This document shows positions 27,201-39,490 of a DNA stretch of 64,000 nt, piece after piece. Position 1 is the first letter of the stretch. The number at the start of each line of letters is the position of its first letter. The notes beneath the pieces were generated by a model. The model was not told the origin of the DNA. It worked only from the letters and a program-made list of their open reading frames with translations, and searched no databases. The DNA is from Lytechinus pictus (lineage: Eukaryota): the NCBI RefSeq assembly GCF_037042905.1, contig NC_087261.1, forward strand, positions 25,172,001 through 25,236,000. Reading direction: 5' to 3'. The position numbers and the translations under genes are program-made.

Positions 27201-27341
27201 GACTTGACCTCTAATAACGATAAAACCCATGATATTTGGCAGTCTGGTTTGTTTACCTGTTATGACGCAGCTGACCATGTGATTACTGTACTGCATGAGA
27301 AGAGTCATTAGGAACACGAGGATGATCCGATGCCAATTCAT
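14448..27341 (-). CDS. Gene B: complete SRCR-WSC-mucin stalk-TM receptor with Tyr-rich tail, 592 aa
   Basis: Exons 27341-27257, 26200-25985, 24283-24206, 20844-20548, 17004-16966, 16818-16597, 15681-15594, 15201-14448; total 1779 nt = 593 codons including stop. Confidence 0.88.
15594..15681 (-). CDS. Gene B transmembrane exon
   Basis: [28 protein letters not shown]; phase 1 in, phase 2 out. Confidence 0.9.
16597..16818 (-). CDS. Gene B Ser/Thr-rich stalk exon (74 codons)
   Basis: GSSPPLTTSLLTSTSQTATSS..(S)n..GPQGKSNLPLAGNST; poly-Ser encoded by (TCA)n. Confidence 0.85.
16966..17004 (-). CDS. Gene B 39-nt linker micro-exon
   Basis: ISATPMTRPTKPM; TGCAG acceptor, G|GTAAGT donor; homologues in C and D. 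Confidence 0.8.
18043..19941. mobile_element. PIF/Harbinger-like MITE with CAG target duplication (related copy at ~12104-12267)
   Basis: CAG|GGCCCCGTCTTACAAAGAGTT...AACTCTTTGTAAGACGGGGCC|CAG. Confidence 0.8.
18213..19835. mobile_element. hAT-like non-autonomous element nested in the MITE
   Basis: TIRs CAGCGGCGTAACAGG/CCTGTTACGCCACTG; perfect 8-bp TSD ATAGCTAG. Confidence 0.85.
20548..20844 (-). CDS. Gene B WSC-domain exon (99 codons)
   Basis: GEHHLGCF..MTISSCINFC..YAGVENGKECYCG..CHVACSGDPTDSCGG. Confidence 0.92.
21040..23237 (-). mobile_element. Degenerate CR1/L2-group LINE reverse-transcriptase remnant
   Basis: IDGISPRLLK, WKVAKVSPIFK, DLKKAFDTV and FKYLGVILD motifs, broken by stops and frameshifts. 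Confidence 0.85.
24206..24283 (-). CDS. Gene B SRCR C-terminal exon
   Basis: SEGSLSACPTLPHASGCSPAGAASCH. Confidence 0.88.
24405..25077. mobile_element. Harbinger-like MITE
   Basis: Inverted ends GCCCCGTATTCTGATAGC / GCTATCGGAATACGGGCC; internal palindromes. Confidence 0.5.
25985..26200 (-). CDS. Gene B SRCR N-terminal exon
   Basis: [41 protein letters not shown]; 216 nt. Confidence 0.92.
27257..27341 (-). CDS. Gene B signal-peptide exon
   Basis: [28 protein letters not shown]. Confidence 0.82.
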
Positions 27342-28281
27342 TTCTAAATCATATACAATCACCCGTGAATCTGCGGATCAATTGAAATTCGGGGTGAATA
27401 CCACAGAAATAAATTGTACAAAATGCCGTTCAGAGCAGAAAAGAAAATATGTATTTCAGGGATGAACCATTTATCAATGGTTTCTCTCTTATCTGTTGCC
27501 CGATCAGAATATTACAGGCTCAGTAAACTTGTATTGCATCATATCCAAAAAACTTTTTTAGGTTTTACACCAAATTATGCTTGGCAATTCAATAAAATAA
27601 ATAAATAATAAAAATAATATGTAAATAGTAAGGAGGAATATAAGAACATTCGTGGATCAAAGACATAATCTCACTTTTAAAAATTTGGTGACTATGTCTT
27701 TGTTTTGTTTTTTCCATCAATGGCCTAAAGCCCCCTTCCCCATCTGTAATTTAAACAGTCTTGAATCTTCAGTTCCCGATCTATAAGAGTGACTTTTTGT
27801 TCAAATAAAATGATATCCAAATATACGCAAAAGTTTGAAGGAAATATATAAAAATCAAAACGTTATATTGTTTTAATTTCGGTAAAAAAGAATGATAATC
27901 ACCTCGAAAATTTCATATATTTGCAAATGTACTAACATTGTGATGAAAGGCAGGGACAACTTGCCTATTTGCTTTAATACACAAAATGATAAGAATTACA
28001 TATGTATCAAAATGTTTTCACAGATTCAGTCTTTTATTACCTTAAGACATTCCACTTTTTTGGTATATTTTCCTTTCTGTCCTAAGTACAGACAACATGA
28101 ACCATAGTCCTCTTCACTTCATTATTACAATTTTTTAGATTAACATAGTCCTTATCTAGAAAAAAATCCTTGTTTGATTCATTTAAAATTGTTACCATAA
28201 TTCACTTCCTCCTTTTTCACTCGCGCACAAATCAATTAATACTGAGCCTTGATTATCATCCAATGAACAAAATAATATGAA

Positions 28282-29500
28282 TTAGATTAGATTAGATTAG
28301 ATTAGATTTATTTATTTCCGTTCAACAATTTTTTTTCAAAATATAATCAAAGTAACAATACATATTCAATATAATACAAACAGATCAATGAAATTTCGTA
28401 ACAAATGTTGAATATAAATAAAACAAAACTACAATGTGTTGCAATAATTTTATCTATGAAAAGAATGTAGAAATGACCGGAGGAACTTGCAAAGGAAAGA
28501 AAAAGCTTGTAGAGAAGGCAAGCCCCTGAACTTAGTTTCAATACTAATTATAAACAAACTATATATACAACTAAAACAAAAATCGAGACGGACCTAGAAG
28601 ACAAGCTTAAAACAAGTAATCCACAAATATCAAAATAAAACGAATGAGCGACAACAAAACTAAGAGAAAGTAGTTCAAATATTATTAATTACAGTGATAA
28701 CAAAAACAATTAAAAAAATGCTTACAAAATTATAATAGGGAGGGAAAAGTGGCAAAGGAAAGAAAGAGGGAGATAAAGGAGGTGCAAATAAAAAGTGAAA
28801 ATGAAAAGAGAAACATGACAGGTGCACAGGTCGTAATGTATTGTATAATGTTGTAGTGTTGTTGTCTTTTTTTAATAAGTAAAGTTTGACAAATTTATTG
28901 GTGGTTAAAAGTAAAGTTATTTTGTAGTTTTAGTTTAGGTTATGTGTTAGCTTGACTTGTCGTCGGCAATTGTATTGTTTGCTTTTATTTTTGTTATATA
29001 AGTACTTTTTTCTTTTTTTTTAATGCTCCATTAATGATTTTCCATGTGTTCCTCATATCGTTTTTGAACAAATTGAGTGGGGAAGTATAATATTCTCTTT
29101 TTGCAATGCGTAATAAAGTAGTAAGTGTGTTTTTATATGAAGTATATTTAAAGCGAGATTCGTTACTTTGTTTAGTTATGTATTTATAGTACAGGTTGTT
29201 CTTTTGGTTGATTGATCTCAAAAGTGATTTAGTAATCCAAGGGTGGAGTGGAACCTTTTAATAATTTGATTTTCTGTTAGTGGTAAAAGGAACGTGAGCA
29301 TCTAGAGAAGAGGTTAATTTGGAAATGAAAAAGTTATACGCGTCATCAACGTCTGTGGATTAAAAAACAGTTGACCAGTCTGTTGTATTTAAATTATTAA
29401 TTAGATTGTTTATGTTGTCATCAGTTATCTTTCGAAATGAAGTATTGAATGTTTCTTTCATGATAATTTTATTTGTAGATAATTTAGCAAAATTGGAAAG
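28282..29500 (-). mobile_element. CR1/Crack-like LINE remnant with (CTAAT)n tail
   Basis: LLRIAKREYY..NDMRNTWKIIN inter-domain motif; (ATTAG)n at 28282-28309. Confidence 0.7.
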
Positions 29501-30798
29501 TGAAATTATAATGTAATGAAATACAATAATATCAAAAACGAATAAAATTGAATAAAAATGAATAAAATGGTCTCAAATAAAATGAAATGGTATGAAATGA
29601 AATGAAATAAAATAAATATATAATAACAAAATAAATAATATGAGGGAATTAGATTATATTAGTACCAAAACAAAAAAAAATCAGAATATCATATAGGCTA
29701 AGGTTATTTCAATATAAAACAAACAATATTAAAGTTAAATGAATAAAGGTTGTAAAGGAAACGTGCCCAAGATATCCCACGAACTCGATAATTAATTTCA
29801 CAATTTAAAGGTAAGTTGTCTTTTTCGCTTGTCACTTCGCAATTACCTATTTCAGATTACCGCAATCTTATCAATCGGGTTTTTTTTCAAACAGTCACAA
29901 ATAAAATATCGAATTCCTTGTCCGATTTCAGCCAAACTTTCACCAATCTGTTGTTCTCATCTTTCATATACTAATCGTGTTATTTACATAGTAGGACTCT
30001 CTGTTGTCTTAATTCTATACTGCAGTTAGAACATGTCTAATCTAAATAATCTAAATATATACATGCATATATTCATATACATGTGTATTTATATATATGA
30101 TTTTGATAATGACAATGATGATTTGTTTTCCATAGAGCTATTGACAGAGCTCCATGGTTTTTCCATCGTCTCACCACAAAATAACAAAGGAAACAATGAA
30201 AATACAATGTATAATTACCCTTATTCGTAATGAGTTCTCAATGAGATCTTTTTTGCCCAAATCCACGATCGAGTCTGTTGCTAGTTATAAGGAGCAGAAT
30301 GGTAATCTCCTTACAATAAAACCACTATCATGTCTGATGATACATGGTGCTATCAGTTGCCTGTCAGTATAATGTGCAGCACTGTGTTTATCAATACTTT
30401 GACATACAGGTTCACAAGTGATGACTAACCTTCAGGAATTCCCCTTATTGCCCCGTCAAGAATATTGGGCAGAACCTGGTTTCACAAACCTAAACCACAA
30501 CAGAACTTGGGAACCTGTAACCAAGAGGTTCTGCTGCACCAATCACATTCCGAGTTTCCAATAGATTCTATCGGTTATGGTATCCTTTTGCATAAAGCAC
30601 ATTTCGGGAAACGAGACTAAGAACGCTGTTCATTTTGCACTCCCACTTTTCACAAAGGAATAGTCTTTTGTTTGATTTCTATTGAGTCTGCTCTAAATTA
30701 CCGATCACGTAAATAAATAATAGGCGATCAAGAATCATTTTCAGAGTCAAGTTCCTCTTTGACGAAGGAACGTTCATAGTGTTCATAGACTTTTTGTA

Positions 30799-32992
30799 CA
30801 GTGCGTCCCAGAAAAAAACGAAACCGAGATTTATCGATTATTTATCATAATCTAATCACAAATACAATAGACAATAATGACCTACCATTGTAAAGCTTAG
30901 AATCTCCTCTTTTATCTGAAATTACTTAGATTACTTCCCATACACACATGAGTAAACAAAAACAATTTGAAGAGGGGATACCAAAAGCTCATTTGGCGGG
31001 CTGTATCTTGGTTTCAAAAAGAAAACCACATTTTTAAAAAGTTCAGTATCTGCTCTTTAATTTGATACCTCAATTACAGAAAATGGTCAAGTTCTGGTTA
31101 TTTGAAATAAGGCTTGAATTTCAATAATTTCATAAAATTAAGAGGTTCTACAGGCTAGCGTTCAGACTCACTTGACACTCCGTTTTGTTGACGATCAGCC
31201 ATGCATTAAGTCTTTTGTTTAAATTATTTTTTTGTCCTAACGACCTGGTTAAAAATATAGACAAATTAATGATGAACTTTCTTTGGGGATCCAAAATTCA
31301 CAAAGTAAAAAGAACTATGGTAATTAGTGATTTGTCAAATGGTGGATTAAATATGTTAGATCTAGGTATACAGTTAAACAGTTTTAAGTTAAGATGTCTT
31401 TTCAAATATTTCGATGACACTAAATCAAAATGGAAATGGATGTTTTATTATTGGTTTGATAAATTTTAAGAAATTGTAAGTGTGATCCACAATATATCCT
31501 GTCATTGATAACGATTCCAAAGTTTTATCGTGAAATATTATATGTCTATTTTACTTTTTAAAAAAGATAAATTGCTTAAGGAAAAGAAAAATATAATCTC
31601 AAGTGCAGAGATTTGGAAAGAATTGTTATGGTTTAACAACAATATCAGACTTAAGGGAAGGATGTTGTTATTCAGGAACTGGATACGGTCAAATATTTTG
31701 TTCATTGGTGATCTGGTATCGAATAATACCTTTCTTACTGTAAAAGAGTTAAAAGAAAAGTTAGTCAATCTTGATGGACAATGGTTGTCAGAATATGCAG
31801 TTTGTATAATGTCAATACCAAAAATGTGGAGAGAACAACTAAAAGAAAATAACATTGATTTGTTTAGAAAATTCAATTTTCAATGATGAGTCCTGTATGC
31901 CATCTGTAAATACATTTCTTAATTGTAACTCTAGAGTAAAACAAATTTATCAAGAGATGTTGCAATTAAATGTTGAAAGATCAAGGGCCGAATTATTTTG
32001 GAGAGAAATTTTAGATGAAGAAAAATAAGAATTCTTGGTTGTTTACATGGACACTGAAACTCAAAAGTATTCAAGATAATACCATAGCCCATTTTAATTT
32101 CAATTTTATGTATAATCTATTACCTACTCTCTGTAACTTTAAAAAATGGAATTTAAGAAACACAGATATTGTAGTGAGTGCAATAAGTTGAGTGATTTAT
32201 TTCATTTGTTTTGGTTGTGTACAGAGGTTGATAAGTTTTGGAAATACGTCGAAGCACTCATAAGAAAATGTCTAATTCAAAATTTTCGTTTGAAGCCTCA
32301 GCATATTGTTTACGGTCTAAGAAATGAAAAAGGAAAATAAATTAATTTAATGTTGAATTATGCATTATACTCTATTTACAAATGTTACAAGATAACATTA
32401 GTTACAATGAAAAAGATGAAGTTTTATGATTTGAAAATTATGTTCATATATGTTCTGGAAAAAAGATATGATAATGAGAGAGGTAAACGAAAGGAAAATT
32501 TGTATATGAATGTGAGCAAATGGAATTTAATACTGTATAACTTGTAAAACTTTTGTTTGTGTACATATATATGTGTATATTTTTATTCAAATAAAGAAGA
32601 CCAGTACTGGTTAAAAAAAAGGGAAATTGGTGAAAACACGTTTATTTAATGAAATTATGGAAATGCAAGCATTTTTTCGAGGGAACATAACTTTTTTTAC
32701 TTCTTGACCACTTTTTGTGATCAAGGTATCAAATAAAAGAGCAGATATTGAATTTTTAAGGCATGTGATTTTCTTTTTGAAATTCAGATACCACCCGCAA
32801 AATGAGTTTTTGGTATCCTTTCTTCAAATAGTTTTTTGCTCACTCATGCTTGGATGGGGATGGTCTAAGTAATATCAGATGAAAGGGGAGATTGTAAGCT
32901 TTACATTGGTAGGTCATTTGTCTATTGTATTTGTGATTAAGTTATGATAAATCATCGCTTAATCTCGGTTTCGTTTTTTCTTGGACGCACTG
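30799..32992. mobile_element. Tc1/mariner-like non-autonomous element with ~330-bp inverted repeats
   Basis: TA|CAGTGCGTCCCAGAAAAAAACGAAACCGAGATT ... AATCTCGGTTTCGTTTTTTCTTGGACGCACTG|TA. Confidence 0.85.
31222..32620 (+). mobile_element. 5'-truncated L1/Tx1-type LINE ORF2 C-terminus nested in the TIR element
   Basis: FLWG..KVKR..GGL.M.D, LWFNNNI, and CCHC zinc motif CSECNKLSDLFHLFWLC; AATAAA plus A-tail. Confidence 0.85.
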
Positions 32993-33281
32993 TAGAATGT
33001 CTGAAAATCCCTTTTTAACGTGATTTATTTCCTAATGGCAATCTGCCGTAAGGTTATTTTTTCCTGAATATTTTGCTCACTCACAACAATCGATATTTTT
33101 AAAAAATGGATCGTTTGAGGCAAGCGGAAACAGGTAAAAGTACTCCTAAAGTTCAAGCGCACACACAGTTCCAGTGCGTGTGTATTTGTTTATTTCAAGT
33201 TGGTATGGCGCCATATAGGCCTAATGTTGTGTCAAGAAGTACCTTTCCTGTAGCTTCAAGGTCGTATGTGCGACAACATAG

Positions 33282-33284
<3 letters not shown>

Positions 33285-33323
<39 letters not shown>
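33285..33323. repeat. (TA)n microsatellite
   Basis: Direct inspection. Confidence 0.9.
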
Positions 33324-33326
<3 letters not shown>

Positions 33327-33340
33327 GCAATGGAGATACA

Positions 33341-35825
33341 CACCTGAAAGTTGACCCTGAGTCAACCGACTTGAAGTCGATTTACTCAGAGTCATGTTCA
33401 GGACTTAGAATTTTTTGAGCTCGGAGAGTGTACTACGGGCGGCAATGGAGTGCTTTCACGATGGGAAACACAGTTGGGGGGTGTGATCGCTTATTAGAAC
33501 AGCCACTACGTACATTCATAGACCTGCTGTGTGTTCTGCGGAGCAAGAGCTGATTTTGTGAAATAGTGTAGTCTTATTCCAGGAACGAATAAATAACTAT
33601 AAAAAAAAGAGTAAAATTTGGATTTTTTTTTGTAGTTGAATAATATGGTTCCAAGATTAATCACCAAAATATTTGTTAATTCAATTCAATTTGGATTACA
33701 TTCAATTAAGTGTACTGAGGCCTAGATTAGTAGGGTTTCCAGGGCTGCAGTTGGGGGGGGCAGTTGATATTTGAATTAACAATAAAAATGGAAACAAAGG
33801 TAGATCGACTTGATTTCGATGTATACATAACATATCATAGATCCTGTCCATGTCTCAATTTTTTTTTTTGGGGGGGTGCAGTTGATATATTAATATAGCA
33901 TAATACTCAGTATTATGATTATATTTCTTGATATAATGGACTAAAAGTGATGGAATGTTTTTGTACGGTGACTGGAGGTCACTGTCTGTAGTATTCACTT
34001 AACTTGATGTTGTTATGCCTCACTTCATGGATTTTCATGTTGAGATAACATTACCTCATCCCATACCATGTCTATGACTTTTGTTTTCCAGCGGGGGGGG
34101 GGTGATTGATATGATGATTTTGCATAAAACTGTTAATTAAACAACCTCAGTCGTGTGATTAGATTCCTTCATGTAACTGACTAAAAGTGATGACATGTTT
34201 TTTAATTAGATGACTTGAGGGTTTTGTGGGTAGTATTAACTTTACTTGAAGTTTTGGGTCACTTTATGGTTTTCATCATGTGTGTACGTTGTCTAGAGAC
34301 ATTTAATTTATCCCGGCATGTCCGACATCCACGTATCATACCTACTCATACTATTTTTTCCCATTTATTCATTTATTTATTTTTTATTTGGGGGGGGTTG
34401 ATATTTAACGACGCACATTCCTCGCCAGTAGTTCTGCAGCATGGAGACTTAACGCAGCAATGCCCACGCGATTTCGTGCGAATGGGACTGTGTGTTGTTA
34501 TGACAGCAGCGCGCCCCACAAAGACACAAACCCTACCAGAAGTAGGCCTACGCCACTGTCAGTACACTTTATTGGATGTCAAAATTGACGAATCTTGGAA
34601 AATAAGCGTCGAACCATAATATCACACCACAGTTTGAACAACAAAAACAAAACCAAACAATTTTAGAGCATTGTTATAATTATTATTTTACTTATTTATT
34701 TATGCAGGAAGTTCCATATGTGCTCCCATGGAGTAAAGATTGCATTATTTCGAGCATATTGTACACCGTTGTATACTGCACATTTATGGTGCAGATATAA
34801 AAAGAGCAGTTTAAGGAAACTTATGGTAGCCTATAACGATGCTATGAGAATGCTTCTTCAGTTACCTAGGCACTCTAGTGCTAGTAGAATGTTCGCTGAC
34901 GCTCATGTACCTTCATGTCAAGCCGTTCTTAGAAACCTAACTTTTAAGTTTATTGAGAGAATTGACATTTCTGAAAATGCTATTGTAAATACATTGGTTA
35001 ACCCCTTACAGAGCTGTACGAGGTACACCTCGGAACTGTGGAAGCGTTGGTATGACAATTTGTTAGCAGAGTCATAAGTAATTAGTGGTCTACTAATATT
35101 AGTCTGTATCTTTGTCTTTTTCGAGACAAGTTACTCATTTTGCCATATGTAAATATTTCCATTGTACTGTTGTACTATTCACTTACTGCTTAACCACTTG
35201 TTTTAGGTATTCATTGTTTGTTCCTAGTTATTAGTGTGATTTGTTTTACTCCTTTTTGACTGTTTATACTTTATTTGTTCTTTGTTTATTCCAGTATTAT
35301 CTTTGTATGTTTGTCTTGATGTATATTACATGTATGTTATTTATTGATATGGACCTCTGCATATGCAGCTGTGTCTGGATTAAAGCCTTGAATTGAATTG
35401 AATTGAATTATTCCTGGAATAAGACTACACAATTACTCAAAATCGGCTCTCGCTCCGCAGAGTACGCAGTAGGTCTATGCACGTACGTATAGTGGCTGTT
35501 CTAATAAGCGACCACAACCCCACATTAATCGCTCTGCGTGGAACATTACAATGACAAATCTAGACTCATTATTTTGTTATTAAGGCATTATAATTAATAC
35601 AGGAAACGCAAATAGAGATGAATAACCAAGCAAAAACTCAAACCAGTTGAACAGTTATCAAGAAAACAGACAACATGTTAGAAACATCAACTGAAAGAAA
35701 CTGCAATCGTGATATAGCACTCCGTTGCCGCCCGCAGTATACTCTCTGAGCTTGAAAAAATTCAAGTCCTGAACATGACTCTGAGTAAATTGACTTCAAG
35801 TCGGTTGACTCAGGGTCAACTTTCA
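33341..35825. mobile_element. Non-autonomous DNA transposon with long TIRs (right end runs into a gap)
   Basis: TGAAAGTTGACCCTGAGTCAACCGACTTGAAGTC.. is mirrored at 35705-35825; inner inverted block 33490-33585 / 35411-35510. Confidence 0.8.
34705..35409 (+). mobile_element. LINE 3' fragment (RTE-X/L2-like) with (TTGAA)n tail
   Basis: CS..VK..LF..YC..LY..HLW..L.VAYND..R.LL.LPR..SAS.MF C-terminal motif; clade uncertain. Confidence 0.7.
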
Positions 35826-36189
35826 NNNNNNNNNNNNNNNNNNNNNNNNNNNNNNNNNNNNNNNNNNNNNNNNNNNNNNNNNNNNNNNNNNNNNNNNNNN
35901 NNNNNNNNNNNNNNNNNNNNNNNNNNNNNNNNNNNNNNNNNNNNNNNNNNNNNNNNNGTGAGTAAAGAAATGATAACTCGCAAATTCCCAATTTCAGGAA
36001 TATTTATGTCATAAACATATAATTATTATAGCCCTATATATGGCCCGAAAGAGTAGGTTTTTAACCTTTCCCGCAACTTATATTTGAATATTTTCTCTTC
36101 TTATGTTGCAAAATGATGGCCTTCAGATTATACAACAATTTTTGTTTATAGTTTCTGTTAAATTGGAATAAAGTAACAATGTATATTAT

Positions 36190-36702
36190 ATCGTCGCCTT
36201 CCCGCAGAAAGGCCGTTACGCTAACGTGCACGTGTGCGAGAAAACGAAAATTATGTTTTGACCTTAGTTTTGCGCTTTTAGCAGCTAGTGTATTATTTCT
36301 GTCCTATTGCTCATATTTTCTGACAAAGCAAGATGTTCTCTTTGTTTTTTTTTATTTAAAACACTTTAAATGCTTTCTAATCTTAGGAAGGAATACCTTA
36401 CGCCATTTTTCCTGGAAGAAAAATACGCAATCCGCTAATCCAGTGACCGCAGAAAGGCCGCTAGCGCGAATCAGTCTATGCGCGCGCGCATATTGAACGT
36501 GAAGCGTCTTGTTCCCAGAGGAAGGACGCGTCCTTCTGCTAAGGCTCGTGGAAATGTTTTTGCTTATTATGTCATAATGACATCACATTTAAGTTCAAGA
36601 ATGGTACCAGAAGAAAGTTCATGACATGCTTTTTCCTATTCAGTAAAAAAAAAAAATTGGGGCGAAAATACGTTAACGGCCTTTCTGCGGGAAGGTGATG
36701 AT
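36190..36702. mobile_element. MITE with ~29-bp TIRs
   Basis: ATCGTCGCCTTCCCGCAGAAAGGCCGTTA / TAACGGCCTTTCTGCGGGAAGGTGATGAT. Confidence 0.75.
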
Positions 36703-37772
36703 ATGTACATGTAGTCCAATGTATATAATTTTTTGTATGGTTCGGATTTTCCTATAAGGAAAACGGTAAGAACATTTTTTTGGCTAATAATGATCCCCCT
36801 TCTTATTTATAAACTTCCATATGAGTTTTATTAGAAAACTTTTACGTGATTTGAAATAAAGATAATATAGATTTTTGAAAAAAAATGTCAGCTTTTGCTT
36901 GGAATCGCCCTATCCATGCAGATTGTAAACAAAACATTCATGCCTTAACTACAAACTTACTGGCCAGATACAAAATGAAACATTCTTTTCCATTTATAAT
37001 TACTTATCGCTGGCTCTTATCTGATAAAATAAGCAACACATATCGCACGTTTACATGGAAGAGAAAATATAACGTGAAATATGGTTCGAAATAAGTCGCT
37101 TGGTCGCATGTAGCAACATCTGTGACACATAACACCATGTATAAACATATTCCAACTATTGATCTTCAATTCTAGTATGTTGGAAGTTTGTGATTTTTTT
37201 TCTTTTGTTTTCCTGTACACCCTCAGGAATATACCAGTCCATGTATAATCTTTTTAAAAAATTATTTCATGGCAGTTCATATTCAAACTGTACAATACAC
37301 GAATACATACATGATCATTCTTTACAACAAAAAATATGCTCAAATCGTCACACAAATAAATATATTTCAAATTGGAATCTTTTATTAAGAATACAAATAA
37401 TTATAAAAGTGAAAAATAAAATACACACTATCGATGACAAGATGAAATGATAAGGAGATATCTTAAACTAGCTTCTATAGAATATCGAGACGGGCTAATC
37501 ATCCTTAAGCCGATACTAGACACCATTTCGACCAACTTCTATGCTCCTTTCAGTTATCAATTTCGTACAAATTTGCATATCCGTTTTTCTTAATATTTCC
37601 TTTTACTTTTTATGTTGTTATATATTTATTTGAATGATTATTGTTGTTGTTGATTATGAACATCGCAAAAATAATATATCTCGTAATAATCACGATAATG
37701 AGATTTGTTTACCCCGCTAAAGCAACCATCACTTTTTGTATAAGCATCCAAGCAGCAAACCATTCCATCGCC

Positions 37773-37775
<3 letters not shown>

Positions 37776-37830
<55 letters not shown>

Positions 37831-37843
37831 ATGTATATATATA
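37776..37843. repeat. (TA)n(TG)n compound microsatellite
   Basis: Direct inspection. Confidence 0.9.
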
Positions 37844-38742
37844 AATAATACATGCACAATTAAGGAGTGCACATGCTGTAAACGTAATATAAACTCAATA
37901 TTAATAGCTATGACTTTACATTGGCTACGACTTTATCAGTCTAAATACACGTAGAATGTGATGCCGATATGAAACACGGTAACTCTGACAGAAAATCCTT
38001 GTAGCAACTTAATTTTCTCTTCATGAAAAAAATAAAGAATACATCGTGGTACATCATACTTATTGATATTTCCCCGTTGTCATACCATGAATTACATGAG
38101 TCTTAATTGAATGCAGTCAAACTCTGGATACGATTTCAATGGAAAAGTTATATTACTTAATCTCTTAAGGATTTTGATTCAAATATGTTCATATTTAATA
38201 TATTGATATTCAGTCATTGACTGCTCCTTATATTGACAGCAGGTCGGAATTCGATTTGAGTGCAATGATTCAAAACAAGAAATTACAAGAATCATTGAAT
38301 GATACAAATATGTATACTGTGCGTAAATAACATTTCATTTTCGTGAACAAAGCCTTTTTTCCCCATTTGTACGAAATTCTCTTTCCTTAGCCGTATTATC
38401 GAAGATAGTTTATCGCTATGTCAGCTTTTAAGATGAATTCCTTTCCGTTTAGCATTAAATTATCGTACGATGATGATTATATTTTCATTTGTACATAATT
38501 TCCAATAAGACAAATCCACATCTCCACATGTTACATTATTTTTATGTCTTGAAGGAACGCATTTATTGAATGGACATGATAGTGTAAAGGGCTTAAAAAT
38601 AAGATGTGTGGATGATTGTGAACGAAATTGTATATACGGAATGATTTAATAATGACAGTTTTATGACATTTCAAACAAAACTGAACAAAAAGATTTTTTC
38701 CCCATTCATTTTATGTTTACTGTTACTTCAAACCGACACCTC

Positions 38743-39490
38743 TTACATAGTATACAGTTCATTTTCAACCATCTCCATTTCATCATACTGATCACCAGAA
38801 AACGAGTCATTAGCTTTAGCGAAGAGATCCTGATCTCCATCCGGCTTTCCTCGGGATTTATCGGGCATCGCGTACAAACTGCCGACATCTTCCGAAGTAT
38901 CGTCCGAACGGTAATTCCGGTTTCCATTCTCATCTGGCATGGCAGACAGACTGTCCATATCTTCCGAGGTGACGTTTCGTTCGCTGTTCTTACCGGGCGC
39001 GGTGTAAACGGCGCTCATTCTGTTGGTCACCTTCGCCGAGGCGATTGGCTGCTTAGTATTTTCAAAAGAAGAATAGGGCGCAATTCCGAGATTAATTCTC
39101 TCGTAGCCGTTCTGTGCTCCGTTTCCGTTCTTCTCAGGCATGGTGTAAAGGACGCTTAATCGGCCGTTGCTCTTCTGCGGGATGTCAGTGGTCCCACGTG
39201 ATGTATATGGCGTCATTTCATCGTCTTGGGTTTCATCCATTGTCCCCTCATATATATTCGACGATTTCCTGGGATTAAGATTTACAAGGAGAACATTCTT
39301 GCCTCCTCTAGAAGAATTCGCGCTACTGTGTGCTTGTGCCCCAGGTTGATAGCCTCTGGCGGACGACGCATCTGCCACTGCACCGTTGGGGATACCGAAA
39401 TCATTTATCTCATCATACACTGGAGGCCTGCAGACTGGAGTCAACGTGGCACTTTGTGAAGAAGCGATACCCTTTATCCTATCTTGTGAC
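38743..39490 (-). CDS. Gene C cytoplasmic tail exon
   Basis: Homologous to the B tail; ends [11 protein letters not shown]. Confidence 0.92.
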
